Positions 1 through 13,972 of a stretch of 64,000 bases of DNA are shown in pieces. The notes under the pieces were generated by a model. That model worked only from the letters and a program-made list of their open reading frames with translations, made no database searches and was not told where the DNA came from. Numbering within the stretch: the stretch's first letter is position 1; every line of letters begins with the position of its first letter. The translations under genes were made by a program, and so were the position numbers. This DNA is from Paragordius varius (lineage: Eukaryota; Animalia; Nematomorpha). The stretch covers positions 992,001-1,056,000 of the forward strand of contig OZ176058.1 of NCBI GenBank assembly GCA_964247055.1, given 5' to 3'.

Positions 1-115
1 TCACAAATTTTTCTATACCAGTGCCTCGAACTAAATTTAAATAATCATAAACAATTGAGTGTGAAATTAAGTTGATATTTATTTAATTTTTTTTAAAAGA
101 TTGCCAAATTTTAAC

Positions 116-227
116 CCATAAATGTGTCGATAGTGGGAAACTTTAAAACATTGCGGTAATTATTGATGGAAGTATAAAAAGCAGTTGTGTGCAGAGTGTA
201 AGGCACATATGGGTCCAAATTGGTTAT
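116..227 (-). CDS. Possible exon of a neighbouring gene with a fibronectin-III-like motif (ITNLDPYVPYTLHTTAF)
   Basis: Acceptor TTCAG|, 112-nt open frame, possible donor G|GTTAAA; the L.P...Y....A pattern resembles FN3 strands E-F. No linked exons confirmed. Confidence 0.3.
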
Positions 228-3200
228 CTGAATTTCAATAGGTTATAAAATTTTATAATTGGTTGGATCTGGTTTAAGTTAAAAATTTATCCTTTAAATT
301 AATTTAATCGAAATGTAAATGGCTAGGCTTCATTAACAAATGATGTAACCGATTTTGGAGAAATGCGGGTTAAGCTATCCGTGTTAGATTCAAACATTTC
401 GAATTAATATTAAAAGATAAACATATTTTATCATTGAAAATATTTTCCTTTCTGTTTTTTAAAAAAACCTTGATTTAAAATACTTGGCCTTTACATGAGG
501 CTTCATATATAAATTAAAATATGTTGATTAATTTTTGTTATAAATAAAATCAAAGACCTAAATAATAAAATTGGAAAAAAAAATTGTAAGATATTTGATA
601 TATAATAACTGTTTAATTTGCAATATAGTAAATTTAATGGAAACCTAAGGATTATTATATGGTAATATCAAGTAAATTTTGAAAATAAGCTTAGCCTTGT
701 TATGTTTCACTAAATATAGAAAGGTATGTTAATAAAATGTTTTTAAAGATAAATCTGTTTTAAACTATGAATCAATTTTTAATTAAATATTGATATATAG
801 TTTTGTATAATACTGCAAAATTGAAAGCTACATAATTGGTAGCTAAAATAATTATGAAGTTAGATCGAATCCCGAAGGTGTAAAAAAATTATCTCTTTAA
901 TTTAAATTTATATAAACACAGAAGCACATCAATTAATTTTGATTATTTGGTCCTTTAATGATTAAAGTTGCTTATTTTTATTAAGGAATAAATTTAGATG
1001 TGACAGTTTTGCGTTAGGATTATTGGTTTCTAGTTCCATATATATCTTAAAATCTTTTTTGCAAAATTTCATTCCGTTTCCATCCGTATTAGACTCTTTA
1101 CGGATTTCGCTGTCAAATAGGTCTGAATTTAGTGCCATCCTATATGGACAAAACACATTTAATTAATGCATTTATGGTCAAAAAATATTTAATTTAAATA
1201 CCAAAAATTTTGTTCTCTGTAAAATCAAAAAAGCTACCTTTTTATCTCAAACAAACCGAAAAACGGGATAAAAACATAGCAACCATTGCTTTAAATCTAA
1301 CATTTTATAAAATGAAATTCCGATTCTAAAATGGTTACAAACAAACCCAATAAGTCCGATTCCACAAATCAAAAATTATGATATTGTGCTTTGTTTAATC
1401 CATATAGCTAAAACAAAAACATATCAATTGAATACGCATTAAATAACATACATTAAAATAGGAGGACAGCTCTCCTACAACATTATGAATAGTATTGTTG
1501 GCTGTGAATCGGAATTCATTTGATAATGTTTTGTTAAATTGATATCCTGGTATAGTTTTAAACGGAAGATAATTTGCAACATGCACTGTGAACACTGTGT
1601 GGTTATTGGTATAATTTTTTTCACTTATGGTAAAAATATTGACAAAACGATAATGATTAGAATTTTCTGCGCATTCTAATATAATGTGAAATATTTTATT
1701 TTCCTATTTAATACGGTAATTATACATTAGTTTATTATTTTCGGAAAGCATATGCAAAGGGAATATGTGTTGGTTTTATAATTTGATGACATTTTACTGC
1801 CATTTAAGTTCAATTTTGTGTTTATGAAAATATTAAATAAAAAAACTAGCAATAAAAATCGAGTATCATATTTTTTGTTGAATAGTAATTATAAGCTTTA
1901 AGTAATACTAATTTTTAACCCATTGTCTGCTGCAAGCGATTAAAATATATGTAGAAAAAATGGTTAAAAAATTTGATATAAATTTATGCGCCCTAAAGGC
2001 TTGAGAGACCATTTTTAATTTGGCCTAATAAAAAATTTAAGATGTTTAAAATTTTACAGGGTATTAAACCGCCACAAAAGGTCATGAAATTATAATATAA
2101 CTGTCAAAATTTGTGTTTTTAAAATTATTATCACATATTTTATCAAATTCTATCAAATTTATTTTAGATCATTCAAATGAGGTGATAAAGCAATCAACCT
2201 TATTTATATATATTCATAACTTTTATATATTGTGTAGTAAAATAAAAAACGGTAATTATTTATTTTATTTAACCTACATTATTGAGGGGAAACAAATACC
2301 ATTTGATTCTTAAATTGTACTCTCTATCATATAACTCATACAATTAATTTATAAAAACTGAAACTCAAATGTGTTCATATTTAAAATTAGCATCGATATT
2401 AATTTAAAAAAGGTACTTATCTTAACCTATAATTCCTAAATTTACTATAATTGTGGGATATTGAAGAATAGCGGCAAACTACCCAAGCCAATATAATTAT
2501 CATATAACAATAATACATTTCAATCAAAAAATTTTTATGAATAATAGCAGTCTCTATCGAATGCTAGAAAACCTATCAAAGTTTGTTGAACTTTGAATTT
2601 AAACAAAATGACCGTACATATTAATAAACACTCAATACACAATTAAATTTAATATTATTCTATAACTCGTATTCACCTCTGAAAAATTGGATGATAATAT
2701 ACTTTTATTTAAAAAAAAATAAATTTCAAGATGATTCATGTATTTAACGAATATAAAGAATGGATTAAATTTGCTTTATTTTTTAATTCTAATGTTTGAA
2801 TTTTAAAACACGTAATAAAACTAAAAAATTTTAAATTTGGTTGTTAGCCTAGTTATATTCGAAAATTAAATATTTCACAAATAATAATAGTATGTGTCTG
2901 ATTGTCCCAAATTTTAGATTCAAAATAATATGGGCAAAATTTATAAAATGGGCTTTTAACTTGTTTCGATTAAATACTTCATAAGCCATTCTTGTAGTAA
3001 AAACAATTCCCTTTTGGTTTAAACAACACAAAAATTGTTAAATAATTCGGGATTAAACCTTTTTTAACGGTGAAAGTGAAGCAATTATGAAAATAAAGGG
3101 GATTAATAGGAGATAGTATTATATTTATAAAAATTATTATATTAAATTGAGATTCGATAATTCACCTGTTTGAATTTTAAAGGTAAAAATACAGTTTAAA

Positions 3201-4872
3201 AAAGTTGAGGCAGAAAATGAAGCTTTGTTTTGATAACAATTTATTATATTGAAAATAAGCTTTATTTAAATATGTAAAACTTAACAAATACCATAAAAAC
3301 GGTTCTACTTTTATAATTTTAATCCTGTTCATTGGTACAGTAGCAATTAATCAAAACTATTACAGCATGAAAAAAGAATTCAGCAGTTCTATCTGAAGAA
3401 AATTTATTAAAGCGTACTTTCGCTTTTTTTGTTCATTGTTTCATTACAAATAAACCAGTAAAATTATTTACAATTAATAAATTCTTCCTTCCCTTGCAAT
3501 TATTTTAAAATTTTAATAGTTGATGTCAAAAAATAAGGGTTTTCAAAAATATGGCTTTTTTATTTACTTTTTTTGCTTTCAATTTTTAGTGTCAATACTC
3601 TTTTATACAAACATTCCACATGTTTTTTTACTTTTATCCTAATCAATTTACAATTATTACTAAATTTTTCCATTTATAAGTTAATATATGACCCTAATTT
3701 TGTTCATGAAATCACATACAGTAAAAAAATTAAATAGATAAAATAAAAAACTGAAAAAAAATTATGTTATAGCCATTTCGCTGATTCTATATTCATAAAC
3801 TATTTACTACAATAAAAATTTATTTCAGTGTTATTAATTTACACCGACATTTTATTTTCGCAACCTATAACAATGAGCCACAATTTAAATATGGATAATG
3901 TATAGTTGTTTATGATAAATATTAATTTATTTTGTAATTATTAATATTATTATGCAAAAAAAATTATTTTTCATTCAAAATTATATTAAAATATTAATTA
4001 TGCTTTAATGATTTTGTCTATTTATTAGGAGTGCTTTTTCTTTCATAAAATTTCATTTTTTGTATTTTGCTTTTTTTTGTCCGCGATGATTTTGGTGCGA
4101 CCCTAAAGCTTAAAGTAGGCAAATAATGTTTCAAAAGTTTTATTTTGATTAAAATATAATTAATATCCATTCCTTTAATATATAAATAAATATAAGTTCT
4201 TACAATCTTTGATTTCTAAAGTTTCATAATCAGTTAGCTCTAAAACAGCACTTAAGTATTAAAATTTACTAAATTGCACTTTGATATCCCGAAATAAACT
4301 TCTATAACCATAATATCCAAGTTATGTGTTGTATTCATGATTAAAAATAAAAAATGGCTATAAAAATAGAGATGATTAATAATTTTACATTTAAATAATT
4401 TTTGTATCCCCAAGGTAAAAAAAGCATTTTTTTAAATTTTGCCCAATAAATTATTTTTGAAGATATTTAATTTTTAAATGGCCATGGGGTAAAAATTCAC
4501 CCCCAAAAAATGATGAAAAGATAATAAATTTAATATTTTTAATTATTTTAAACAATTTGGTTTTTTATTTATTTTTACAAAAAAATTAACTGATTAATAA
4601 ATTCAACTGTTAATAAAACAACTGTTAACAATAAATTTTCAAGTTAAAAATAATATTATTATATCAATATTAATATAAAATACAATAATTATTTTTGCGA
4701 TTTAATATATTATTATAAATTTTTCTTTTATCTATTTGGTTCAATATATTTATATAAAAATTTTAATAACATTTTTTTTATAAAATATATTCCATCTATT
4801 TAATAACCTTTAAATACTTAAAGTAAAGACTGCATAAAATTAATAATTTAATTAATATTAAAGTTATAATAA

Positions 4873-4945
4873 GGCGTGATGGTATAGTAGATAGGGCGCC
4901 GGACTCTCATACTGCGTGCCTGAGTTCGATCCCCGAAACTACGCA
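4873..4945 (+). pseudogene. tRNA-derived sequence (Glu-CTC-like pseudo-tRNA or SINE head)
   Basis: A-box TGGTATAGTAG, loop CT-CTC-AT, B-box GAGTTCGATCCC, ~72 nt, followed by T6. Anticodon and T stems pair poorly, so it is not a functional tRNA. Confidence 0.6.
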
Positions 4946-7654
4946 TTTTTTCCATCATCACTGTCAGCCCTGGGCAGGAAGTCCTTACCCTTTAATAAAA
5001 AAGGAAAAAGAGACTCTAAACTGTAATATATTATTAGAATGAAAATTATACAAATAAATTGTTATACAAATTATTTATTTTAATTGAAATATAGCAATCA
5101 TCTTTATTAAACTTTGCATTTTTAAACAAAAAATCAAGTAAGAAAATTTCTTTATGTTTATTACATTTTTACTCTAAAATTGTAGTCAGTGATATTAGCA
5201 AATGTGTCATTTTTTCAATAAATTTTTTTTAGTACCTTGAGACAAGAAATCTATTTTTTTTGACCCAATTATTTGTTAAATACCTCTGTAAGGCATGATA
5301 GAGACGATTAAGGAATCCGATATGTCAAATTGATTAATCTCAAAAAAATTTTGAATGTAATTTTAACTTGTTTTTTCTATCTATTTGATGAATGAAATTT
5401 TATTAACTCAAAGTGCATTTCCCTTCTTATAAATTTACCCTCGCATATAAATTTAATACTTCATTATATTATTAGATTTTTTATTTAAATTATTAAATCT
5501 TATTGATATAAATTTAAATATATATTAATCACTTGGTGAGAAAGATAGCTCATATTTAAAAATTTGCTTGACTTACAAAATTATATGACAAATTACAATG
5601 AAAGATGATTATCTGATCGATTTATGTACAGATATAAAATCTAAATAAATAAATAGCTGGCTTATTTAAAGCGGCCTTATTCTCTTGAGCTACACTTTCT
5701 TTATTTGTCTCATGAAATAGTAATTTAAAAGTGTTAAAATTTTTGAAATACAATGGTAGTCGTTATGCTTAGCATTTTTATTAATTTCTTAAGGGTTATT
5801 TTCTATCATACCGCGTCACATCGGCTTTTCACAATCGCCTCTCTTTGAGTACTAAATATTATTTATAATTTTTGTTTTATATATCAAATAAATGGTAAAA
5901 ATATTATTTTATTGATTTTTTAGTAAATGTATATCCCTGTCAAGTAAAAATGGGATCCTATAATTTTTTATTAAGCATATATCCGATTCATGAATAATTA
6001 TTGTAACATGCAAGTAAAGTTTAATATTTTTCTGCTATTGACCAAATTTACATACGGTGGCCCCCTATACAATGTAAAATTCGTCAACGAAAATATATTT
6101 ATGAGATGATCATAAAGATAATCTTCGCAAATTATTATCTTCGAATTACAATTTTAAGGGAGTTTAAAAAACTCACAGAGATTATAATCAAGAATTGCAC
6201 TTTGGATTAAAATCAGGAAAACTTTTTTATGCAATATTTTTATTTTTTATTTTAATTATCATTATAAAATTTTGTTTGAGTAAAGCGCAAGCCTACTCTC
6301 ATTACTAACAACAAATAAATATTATATAAATATTTTTTTTTATTCGAAGGTAAATCTGTCGACCCAGTTTTTTAGAAGGTTTATGTTCAAAAGCCGGGAT
6401 CCATACCCAAAATTGTAAAAAATATTTAATATAATATTTTTGTTTCTAAAATACCTACAAAGGTCTTCTTTAGAAATTAATATTTTTAAAGAGTGTTTTA
6501 ATATTACAGTAAAATTAAAATTATACTGACATTGTAATATAAATAGTTAAGTTTAAAAAAAAAACATTTTTCCTATCAAAATATAATAAAAATTTTATAA
6601 TAATTTTGTTTATTAATATACTCAGCAATTTACAATTATAAGTTATATTTGAATGAATCATGTCAAGTATAATATTGTAATATTTATCTTTAAATTTTTA
6701 TATTTCCTTATAAGTTCCATTTTTATTGTTTATTATTTAGAGAAAGGGACCCAAGCAGATAATGTAATTTATAAATTATAATATGGTCTTTGATTAAAAT
6801 AAAATTTTAAGCGAAAAGTAGTTTTTTTAAAATAGATAGATCATAATCCAACTATTTCATAGATGTGCATTTTCAATTTTTTGTCGATTTACCAATCTTT
6901 ACAAATTATTTAGCCAACCATACTCTTACCCTGATTTTTCATACCTAAATTATTTAGATATAATAATTTAATATTGTATATTATGGTGTTATTAATTACT
7001 CTTTAATGCCAACATCGCAACTCAAAACAATAAGTTACATCAAGTTTAAGACTTTAAAATGGTTGTTTTTTTATTATTTATGTTTCACTCGTATTTTTAC
7101 TGCACTTTATTATAAATAGATGGCTGATATTATAAAGTTGTTTTAACAGAGAAAAAAAAAACTATGATATTAATAAATACGCTTTATTTATTTTGATAAT
7201 AATTTTTAATAAATAATTGATTATAATAGTTTTAGCATATATTTCTTTTTTAAAAACCAACAATATCACATTTTGAATATAGTTTTTTTTGTTCTTTGCT
7301 CTGAAGATAATACTAATGCCGCTCTTGTTAGTATTCAAAATTTTTGGCTTCACTAATTTAAGTTAAAAAATTACTAACAAAGCAAAACTCTAAATAAATC
7401 ATAATTTGTAATATAACTACTATATTTCTAAATAAATGTCGGAAAAATCTATGTTTGATAAAGTATGTTTTTATTCTTCAGTATTACGTTTTATCTCTAT
7501 ATTTTTATACTGTAAAACATATTTTTTAATTTACAATATACAGCAAATATTAATTATTTTTTCAACGATTTTTTCCAAATAGGGAGAGTGTTGTTAAGGA
7601 GAGGAGATAATTGGTAAATATACTTGATACCTATATATATATATATATATATAA

Positions 7655-8666
7655 TACTGGACAACAAATTTTTCTGCCACTCAAGTTTTTTGCAATTTCT
7701 GATATTTACTATCAATTTAACAGTAAAATAAAATAATAATTCCACCTAAGAATTATGTATAATTTGATTTCTTCAATTACTTTAACAAAATTTAAATTAG
7801 AAACGTTCGAAAATAAACAACAAATGCCCATTTGTATATGTCATTCGAAAGAGTAATGAAAACTCTATAAAAGAAGGCATACTATGTTTTATATCGATAG
7901 TTAATATTGAAAACAGAAAGCGACAAACGCGCGAAGCGAGAGCGTTCTAAACATATTTTAGATCTAATGGATGAAAATAGCTAAAACTTTGTCTATATGG
8001 CAATGAATGTCCAAAAAAGATAATACAATAAAGTTTTATTGAATAAAAATTTATTTATTGCTTTTATGTCATTCAAAACTATTTTTAAGTTGTCTGTTTT
8101 TGATAAAATTACCTCTTCATTAAAATATTTTTTCGGAGGCTTATAATTTCAAATTCAAAGACTTAAAACAAAGCTCAAAGTATTTTGCTCTTTTTAACGA
8201 TTATGTAATGGAATTACAGTCATATGCATTTTAGTATTTACTAGGCATATGACAATAATGATTATTAATAAAAAGAGCAAACCAAAAGCTTTTTCAAAGA
8301 TTTTTTTTAATTTATATTAAAATAATTTATAATAATTTAAAATATTTTGTCTGTGAATATTTTGATTTATTTAAGGGAAATTTTGACCATATATCCCAAA
8401 TAACTTTTTCATCAGATTAATAAATGACCAATTACCATCCGAAAAATATTTCGTGCTTTTTCAATTGATATAAGATACATGGAAATATATCTAAATCTTT
8501 TAATATTAAAAATTCCGAGTTTAATGTCGAATTGGGGCCAAAATTATTGATAAACCCTAAAAAAATTTTAGGTGTTAGATTATTTTTTTTTTCAGATATA
8601 CTATAATAATAAATTTTTAATTTACAAGAATGGCTGTTAAAAATAGTCAAAATTTGTTGTCTAGTG
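7655..8666 (+). mobile_element. Non-autonomous DNA transposon with CACTA-type termini, copy 1
   Basis: TIR (T/C)ACTGGACAACAAATTT...AAATTTGTTGTCTAGTG; flanked by TAA/TAA; internal marker GCGACAAACGCGCGAAGCGAGAGC shared with the other copies. Confidence 0.75.
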
Positions 8667-8706
8667 TAATATAATTAACTCAATTGACATTTTTTTAATT
8701 ATATAA

Positions 8707-10950
8707 TTTTTCTTGTCTCACTTGACTTACAAGTCAAGCGTGGCAAGTTAAGCAGGTTTTATTAGGCCTGCAAGTGTGCACTTGAGGATCAGTGATTAAA
8801 AACTTGGCTTAAGTCGTTTGCTTAAGAATGTAACATTTGGTACCATTTAATTTAAATTATGCGTAAATATTTTGATTTTTTGCTAAGGAAATTTATTCTC
8901 TAAGGCAACAAAAAAATAAAAACCCAATACGCTATGCATTTATGAAACTAAAACTTAATGTCACGTATGTTAAATTTATAAAATTAAGATTTTTATCTAA
9001 ATATACAACCCAGTACCCATAGTTTTGAAAATGATGAGTCGCCCTTCAAACACTCTTATATTATTTTGATACAGGTTTCAATACATGTATAATACATATA
9101 TAATTAAAGTGTATATCTTGATTATTAATTTTAAGCATTGCCAGTCCCACGAAATAACGATTGCGCTTAAAAATTTAACCAAAAGTTTAAGATTTCTTAG
9201 GATATAATATTTGGATTTAACTCATCAAATCACGGGATAACAAGTGATATCTATAAACAATTTACGTATTATAAGTTATTTGTATTAATATATAGATTGT
9301 TGTAGGTTAAAATAGGTAACAGACGCATCTTGGGATTTTTTTGCCCGTAGATCTATTTAAGGATATATATATTTTTGAAATATAATTAATTTCGATTCTA
9401 GAAATGTTATTATAAAAATATATACTCCATTATAAAATTTCTTGTTATGTAGGGATTACAGTAAAAAATGTACATGAACTATTTAAGAAACGAATGGGAG
9501 CGGAAATAGAATTGCAACATTTGAAACGTTAGTTAAGATTTAATGTCATTTAGATTATGTATGGAAAATTTCCTTCGTTACAGTAGCAAATCCGGGTTTC
9601 AGGATGGGCTCACTAGAGTTTTGGTGTACAACAATTAACCGTAACTAAAACAGTATCTAAAGTGGAGGAAAAAAATTGTGATATTGCTCATAAATGGATA
9701 CGATTTCCATCAGACCAGTTTAACTAAACCCTCGTTGGCTGAACAATCATAAAATGCCAACAGTTGGGCTATCGACTGTACTCACATCGACATCATAAAA
9801 CTTAAACAAGGATCGATACGGTGTAAATTGTCAATTTACCTGTCACGGTGATGAATTCATAACGAGTTTAAACGTTAAAATGCCGGGATGCATTCATGAT
9901 AGACGGATTTTCCACAAAAGTATAATACCTTCCTTTTTAGTCATACCAATGCCGCAATATTGGCTCACAGTAGAATTACTCCATATCTAATCACGCCATT
10001 TTGAAACCCTAACAACCTAATACAAACTAAATTTCATACACTCCATGGCAAAGAGAGAATAGTCATAGAAAGACTATTTGGTCAACTCAAACGCCGGTTT
10101 CCGATATTGCATAATAAAATGCGGTCGTTTAGATCAGCAATCAATATAATTGTAATCTGCGCAGTTGTGTTCAACATGGGTAAATTTTTAAAGGAGTATT
10201 ACGATTTGGAAGTTATACCAATTGATGTAGATATTAATGTTGATGGAGATGATGTGGATAGTGATGGTGCTCAGATAGAAGAATGAATCTCAGGGCCAGG
10301 GAAACGATATATTAAACGCATATAATATATTATGGTTTCTCAATTTTTTCTAAAAATAAAGATTTATATATAGAATCTTTAAATGTATAATATAATTTAT
10401 TGCATTGAATTTATATTGTATATATGAATATAAATTAATTTTATTATATATTTTTTTAATTATTTAAATTTGTGTTTTTCCATAGTACAACTTCTCGATG
10501 AACAATAACACTTCATAATGTGAGCCCAAAATTAAATTTATTGCATGTTAGCTATCATGTTTTGAGAAACTTTCTTTGTTATATAATTTGTTAATCTAGG
10601 TTACGTCACGGATGTACCTATAGTAAAAATTATAAATTTTTTGTTACTTCTATAGCTTTAATTTTAAAATAACGCTGTTATAATTGCAGATATATAAATA
10701 AATAAATTTTGACCTGCAAGGAATATCATTGGAAATCGTTACGATACCACAATCCTTATTACCAGTCACATATATATGCATTTTATCATAATCCATAATA
10801 TTCAACTTCACTTACACATGGGCTAATAACACAATTCTTTTAACACCTATATTAATAAATATAGAAGGATTTATGAACACAGAAAGTGCACACTTACTGG
10901 CTTAAGTAAACTCAACTTGCCACTCTTGAATTACATGTCAAGAGCGACTT
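8707..10950 (+). mobile_element. PIF/Harbinger-type element remnant enclosing the transposase pseudogene
   Basis: Degenerate ~85-bp inverted repeats (8707-8794 vs 10878-10948; cores CAAGCGTGGCAAGTT / AACTTGCCACTCTTG and AAGTGTGCACTT / AAGTGCACACTT). Exact termini and TSD not resolved. Confidence 0.6.
9570..10286 (+). pseudogene. Decayed PIF/Harbinger (HARBI1-like, DDE_Tnp_4) transposase
   Basis: Manual translation across frameshifts and stops: FLRYSSKSGFQ...FGVQQLTVTKTVSKV; AIDCTHI; VNCQFTC..MPGCIHDRRIF; YLITP; ERIVIERLFGQLKRRFPIL; ICAVVFN; acidic tail. This is the Harbinger motif order. Confidence 0.85.
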
Positions 10951-13354
10951 TTTCATCACCCTACTCCATATTAGAATTGTTATTTGTAAAACAACTACTG
11001 AAGACGGTTTTAAATTTATGCTTTTATCCTATTAAATATTATATTGATAAACCAAAATATTATAATTTCCTTTAATTCGACGGCAATTTTATTTTACAAA
11101 AATTATGCAAAATGTTTTTTTTCCAACGTTCAGACTAAAGTTAATTATTAAAATCACATCTACCATTAACACTGAGTCCGAAATCGGGGAGTATAAAAAA
11201 TAAACTGATGAAATATCTATATTTAGATAAAAAAATGACAGAATTATGATAGTGCCTTTGCTGGCCCTTGTGAGTATTTGAGATTGATTTAGACTTTTGT
11301 GCTCGGGGCTCCATATTAAACGGCAAAATTTGCGCACATTTCTTAAGTATATTTTTTTGATGGCTAAATGCTTTATTTTAAAAAATATCACCAAAATATA
11401 TGATAAACCACTACAATAAGTGAAAAAATATTTTATAAAATTTAAATATTATCATGTGGGCTTCAAAAATCCCAAATTTATTTAATCTGCTTAAATAGGC
11501 TATTTCTCTGAATGAGCGCAAAATGCTGATATGTAATTAATATTTAAAATATATACTAAATTTTGATCTAAATTAAAAATATTAATTAAAAAATTCATAC
11601 TATTTTTTAAAAATTAATTGTTAGTAACACTTTCTTGAAGTCACTTCACACTCTTGGAGGCATAACAGAAACGCTACGCTTTAAATTTATAAATACTGCA
11701 ATGATGTTGAACACATTTCTCACTTGAGAAAAATATTAAAGTTTGCTTTATAATTAAAGATTTTTTGCAAAAACACATATAATTTATTTTGAAAATTGAA
11801 CACAATTAAAAGCATTTGAGATCCCGATACATATTTTATACGTATTATTTTATACAGGTGTACAGTCTGTAAACATCGTATAATTTAAAAAAAATTTTAT
11901 GAAACTATTTAAAAATTCAAATTTTAATCGCTTTATATACACCAATCAAAATGATAAAACTATTTAACGATAAAAAGCTAAATAATTTTTCTACAATATA
12001 TTATATTTATACAATAAAATTTTATAATCATATGTTTTTGTAACACAACACACAATACATACTACATTTGCGGTTATCACATCCACCTCAAAAAATGTGG
12101 TTTCAAATATCGAAACCCATATATATGAATTCTTGAAACGCTTTAAATCTCAACATATTCCGTTATAGTAATTATATGTTATATAGTCAAATTTACCTAT
12201 TGCTTTTTAAGATATCATCATTTGTACCAAAAATTATCCAATTTTCATACCAAATCTGTGAATTATGTGATTATACATTATGCATTTTTTCCCAGAAGAT
12301 ATGCTTAAATCCGTGAAAATACCAAAGTTTACTCAATCCAAATTTTTAAATCCAATATATCCAATGAATATTGTATAATTTGGTTTAATAACTTTCACAA
12401 CACTGGATCAATCAATTATATAAAATTCCCTTCTTATTCTGCGTTTTTGATTCTGTATAATCGTAATTTGTTATCCAAAAGTAATGCATAAGCATCCATA
12501 CTGTGAAGGCCAAACGATTGCATTTTCAGGTCATATGGCTTGGAATTTTCCATTCTCTTATTTTTCTGAAGATAAAAAACGCATTTTTTGCATTTAAAAT
12601 CATATATTCTTCTCATAATTATTCAACATTTCTCGAATAATAGCATCCATAAATTTGAAACAGGATTTGAATGGTAGTTAAAAATATTTTTTTTATGATT
12701 TTTTAGACAAAAGATAAGTAAAACAAGATTATCGTCTGCTGCATTTCAAGCGTTAATTAAAATCGTCTGTTTAGGTCCTTGCCATGGTAACAAATTTTGA
12801 TATCTTGAAACAATAAACTTTGATCTAAGTATTTAATTTAATTTTTGAAAAACGACTTTCTGCATTCTAAATAAGGTTTAATTTTGAGTAATTCATTATA
12901 TAAAGTTTTTTTGATTAAAAGTTGAAATTTTGAGAAAATTTGAAAATTATATAACCAACTATCAAAATTTTTGTTTTTGGGTCGATTTTTTTTATAGCAT
13001 AATTTGGGTTAATTTCCATAAAAATAAAGACTATAACACATAATAGATACAAAAAACTCATCGTGCACACATAAAAAGCGCATAAAAATATGGTGGTAGA
13101 ATTTTTATTTGTTTATAGGTTTTGCGTTTATTATTTTAGAAAAAGTGAAAAACAATATAAGAAATATTCTTGATTTACATATAATTTTGCAAAAAGACAC
13201 AAAAAAAACTTATAAAAGCTGTTTAAACCTAATAAAAATTTTTAAAATAATAACTTTGCCAAATAAATTACTCTTTTAATATAAAAGGTATTATTATTTA
13301 TGTAATTAAATATATCTTTTTTGAGCAAAAACATTTTAAATTAGATATCCAAAC

Positions 13355-13357
<3 letters not shown>

Positions 13358-13409
<52 letters not shown>
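13358..13409. repeat. (TA)n microsatellite
   Basis: Direct reading; other (TA)n runs near 17310-17342, 33294-33320 and 57746-57790. Confidence 0.95.
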
Positions 13410-13413
<4 letters not shown>

Positions 13414-13972
13414 TATATATATACGCCACACATATTAACCGCGCATTTTGTAATCGAGAATAATATTTTAACGTTATAAAAACGTGAATAAGTATATCGT
13501 TAGTAATTTGTGTTTGTATGTGTGTGTGCCCCAGATATGATTTATTAACCCTTATATATAGTTATGAATACTTAATATACTTTTAAAATTTACAATATAT
13601 ATCCGATACTTACAATTACGAATTTGTAATAAATGATCAATTTATTGATCTTAATAAGGAATAATTAAAAATTAGAAAGGTAATAAAGTAGGTATAAAAG
13701 TGTCTAAAAACGACACTTATACAACATCTTAAATATTATTTAAATGACTGATAAAATTTTATTTTTTATAGTTTAAATTGTATCAAGTTTAAATTCGCTC
13801 TGAAAAAGTAGTTGTGTTTATTGTCGCAATAAAGTTTAAAATGTTATAATGTTTAAAACCTAAAAATTCAATATTTTTTGGCTATATTTTAGGAAATGTC
13901 AAATATTGATCAGCATTATGCAAGTATCATCTCATTTCCTAAAAATTAAATCTCAATCTTCATCACGTTTGA

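Noticed and set aside
4873-4945. Functional tRNA-Glu gene
   Set aside because: Multiple mismatches in the acceptor, anticodon and T stems; kept only as a tRNA-derived pseudogene or SINE head.
12000-12620. Coding-like decayed segment (…ALLLDN…, CSMYCVLC) on the minus strand
   Set aside because: Motifs point to different TE classes and no consistent frame can be built.
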